From IMG/VR virus record IMGVR_UViG_3300027905_000005, positions 1-21,910 of that record: 21,910 bases of DNA. The stretch is one strand, 5' to 3'. The notes beneath the pieces were generated by a model. It did not search any database. It saw only the letters and a program-made list of their open reading frames with translations, and had not been told where the DNA came from. The DNA is from a virus. The position numbers were made by a program, and so were the translations under genes. Shown here in pieces: positions 20,877 through 21,910 of this stretch. Numbering within the stretch: position 1 is the stretch's first letter; each line of letters begins with the position of its first letter.

Positions 20877-20998
20877 AAAGGCCACCCCCCCAACAAACCG
20901 CGTCGGTAAAACGCGATCACATTGACCTGAAGCCAGCGTACCAGATCAGGCTCAGGCAGGAAAGGAAATTCTACTGCCTATGGCCAGCCCAGCTTTAA
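20873..20998 (+). CDS. Possible 41-aa ORF, below the track length cutoff.
   Basis: ATG 20873 overlaps the upstream stop (ATGA), with GAGGAG at 20859-20864. It overlaps the rep start by 19 nt. Translation MKRPPPQQTASVKRDHIDLKPAYQIRLRQERKFYCLWPAQL. Confidence 0.3.
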   Translation: MKRPPPQQTASVKRDHIDLKPAYQIRLRQERKFYCLWPAQL

Positions 20999-21910
20999 AA
21001 CCGCAGGCCCCACGGCCCCAACGCATCCAACCGATCCGCGAGGGCGCGGAAGACGGCATCAGAGGTTTTACCAAACAGCCCCACGAATACGAGTACCTTG
21101 TGACCGGCAACAAGCTTTCCGGGTTGCTGCAATCGAACTTACTCTACTGGATCGGGCGCAACACATGGGGCAAAGCGAATCGGCCCGAATGGGCGCGCCT
21201 GTCCATCACCGAACTGGCCAAGCTGTGCGGCGAAGTGGAACGCAAGAGCGTGGCCACGGCCCTGGCCGATCTACTCGAACGCGGCATCATCGCAGCGCCC
21301 GACCGCAACGGTTGCGCGGCAAACACGCCGAAGATGTACAAGCTGTGCCCGGAGAACTGGCGGAAGGCACCGAGCTATAAACCGCCCGTCGATCCCGAGC
21401 TGGTCAAACTCGCAAAGCAGGTGGAGGCGGGATGGCAAGCGGACGCGGAAGAAGACGAACACCCCGAACGGATCGTAGCGCCCGGAAAATCTTCGAAGCC
21501 CATGACCGTGGCGCTCCCCCGCAAAGACGCGGAGCCGTTCCCGGTCAGGATCGTGTACTATTGTGAGTTCGACGAGCCGGTATCTTTCCGCGCGCGTCCA
21601 GGCCGCAACGGTCGATTGAATGTCACCGCTTGCCGACCGGCAGCCACGGCCCCGCCGTGTAGTCCTGCACAACTACACACGTTCGCCAATCCTTCGCCAC
21701 CCGTTGAAGAAAACACGGAGCTTGCGCGATACCGTGCTTACCTGTTTCCATTGGTCATGAATTTGTGGGACACGGGAACCGACGAAGCTTTCATCCGATC
21801 AGTTTTCGAGCTGGCGGCGGGCGCACCGCTTGGAACTTTTCAAGACCAGGTGGCGCTCAAATTTCCGAACCCGAAGGAGGCGCGCAAACACAAGCCTGGT
21901 CTGTTGCGGA
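20980..21910 (+). CDS. Replication initiator / replisome organizer, 5' part. It continues through the junction to 387, about 426 aa in total. The N-terminal region resembles the winged-helix domain of phage lambda O / replisome-organizer proteins.
   Basis: ATG at 20980 is the first start after the in-frame TGA at 20923-20925. The ORF is open to the window end and in frame with 1-387. The segment LLYWIGRNTWGKANRPEWARLSITELAKLCGEVERKSVATALADLLERGII matches the pattern of phage Rep-O N-terminal domains (aromatic-x-R-x-T-W/Y-G, then 'is..eLa..tg.s...v..al..L...g.I'). Confidence 0.65.
   Translation, partial: MASPALKPQAPRPQRIQPIREGAEDGIRGFTKQPHEYEYLVTGNKLSGLLQSNLLYWIGRNTWGKANRPEWARLSITELAKLCGEVERKSVATALADLLERGIIAAPDRNGCAANTPKMYKLCPENWRKAPSYKPPVDPELVKLAKQVEAGWQADAEEDEHPERIVAPGKSSKPMTVALPRKDAEPFPVRIVYYCEFDEPVSFRARPGRNGRLNVTACRPAATAPPCSPAQLHTFANPSPPVEENTELARYRAYLFPLVMNLWDTGTDEAFIRSVFELAAGAPLGTFQDQVALKFPNPKEARKHKPGLLR
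21874..21910. repeat. Terminal direct repeat, right copy.
   Basis: Exact 37-nt copy of positions 1-37. Confidence 0.9.

Noticed and set aside
21657-21678. 7-bp hairpin GTGTAGT-N8-ACTACAC inside the rep gene as a possible origin element.
   Set aside because: Several perfect 7-bp inverted repeats with short loops are expected by chance in 22 kb. There are no accompanying iterons or AT-rich tract.
1-21910. tRNA, rRNA, integrase/att sites and lysogeny repressor.
   Set aside because: I saw no cloverleaf-compatible segment with a GTTCGAATC-type T-arm outside coding sequence, no tyrosine or serine recombinase motifs, and no cI-like HTH protein. These judgements come from visual scanning only, so divergent examples could be missed.

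Overview
The window is a GC-rich, roughly 21.87-kb virus-like replicon that looks complete and circular. Bases 1-37 recur exactly at 21874-21910, and one ORF reads in frame across that join.

Modules:
- Replication/regulation, 20709..1190 across the junction: a small basic protein, then a lambda-O-like winged-helix initiator carrying a DnaA-N-terminal-like C-domain, then three small ORFs.
- One large divergent gene of unknown function, 1091-2473, minus strand.
- A long plus-strand block, 2642-14541, of tightly coupled genes (many ATGA overlaps). It contains a transglutaminase-like protein, a run of low-complexity Ser/Thr/Pro/Ala-rich proteins that each end in a hydrophobic helix plus a basic tail, two proteins with protamine-like N-termini, four small beta-rich proteins, a 367-aa capsid-candidate protein, a 624-aa fibre/spike protein with 150-nt tandem repeats, and two small trailing ORFs.
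- A minus-strand pair of DNA methyltransferases, 14538-16321: Dam-like N6-A and C5-cytosine.
- A plus-strand accessory block of small ORFs, 16441-19486, including two HNH endonucleases.
- A minus-strand C-terminally anchored protein with an NNNPGN domain, 19583-20104.

Scanning the supplied translations by eye, I found no terminase, portal, P-loop packaging ATPase, DNA polymerase, helicase, integrase, tRNA or CRISPR array.

Most unusual signals:
- A repeated cis-element at four loci, partly inside coding sequence: GTCAC-N1-2-GTGAC palindromes flanked by self-palindromic GC blocks such as GGGCCGGCCC, arranged with about 39-bp phasing.
- The family of tail-anchored proteins.
- A full virion-like module with no recognisable packaging machinery.

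Functional calls rest on motif recognition in the translations. No database search was possible.
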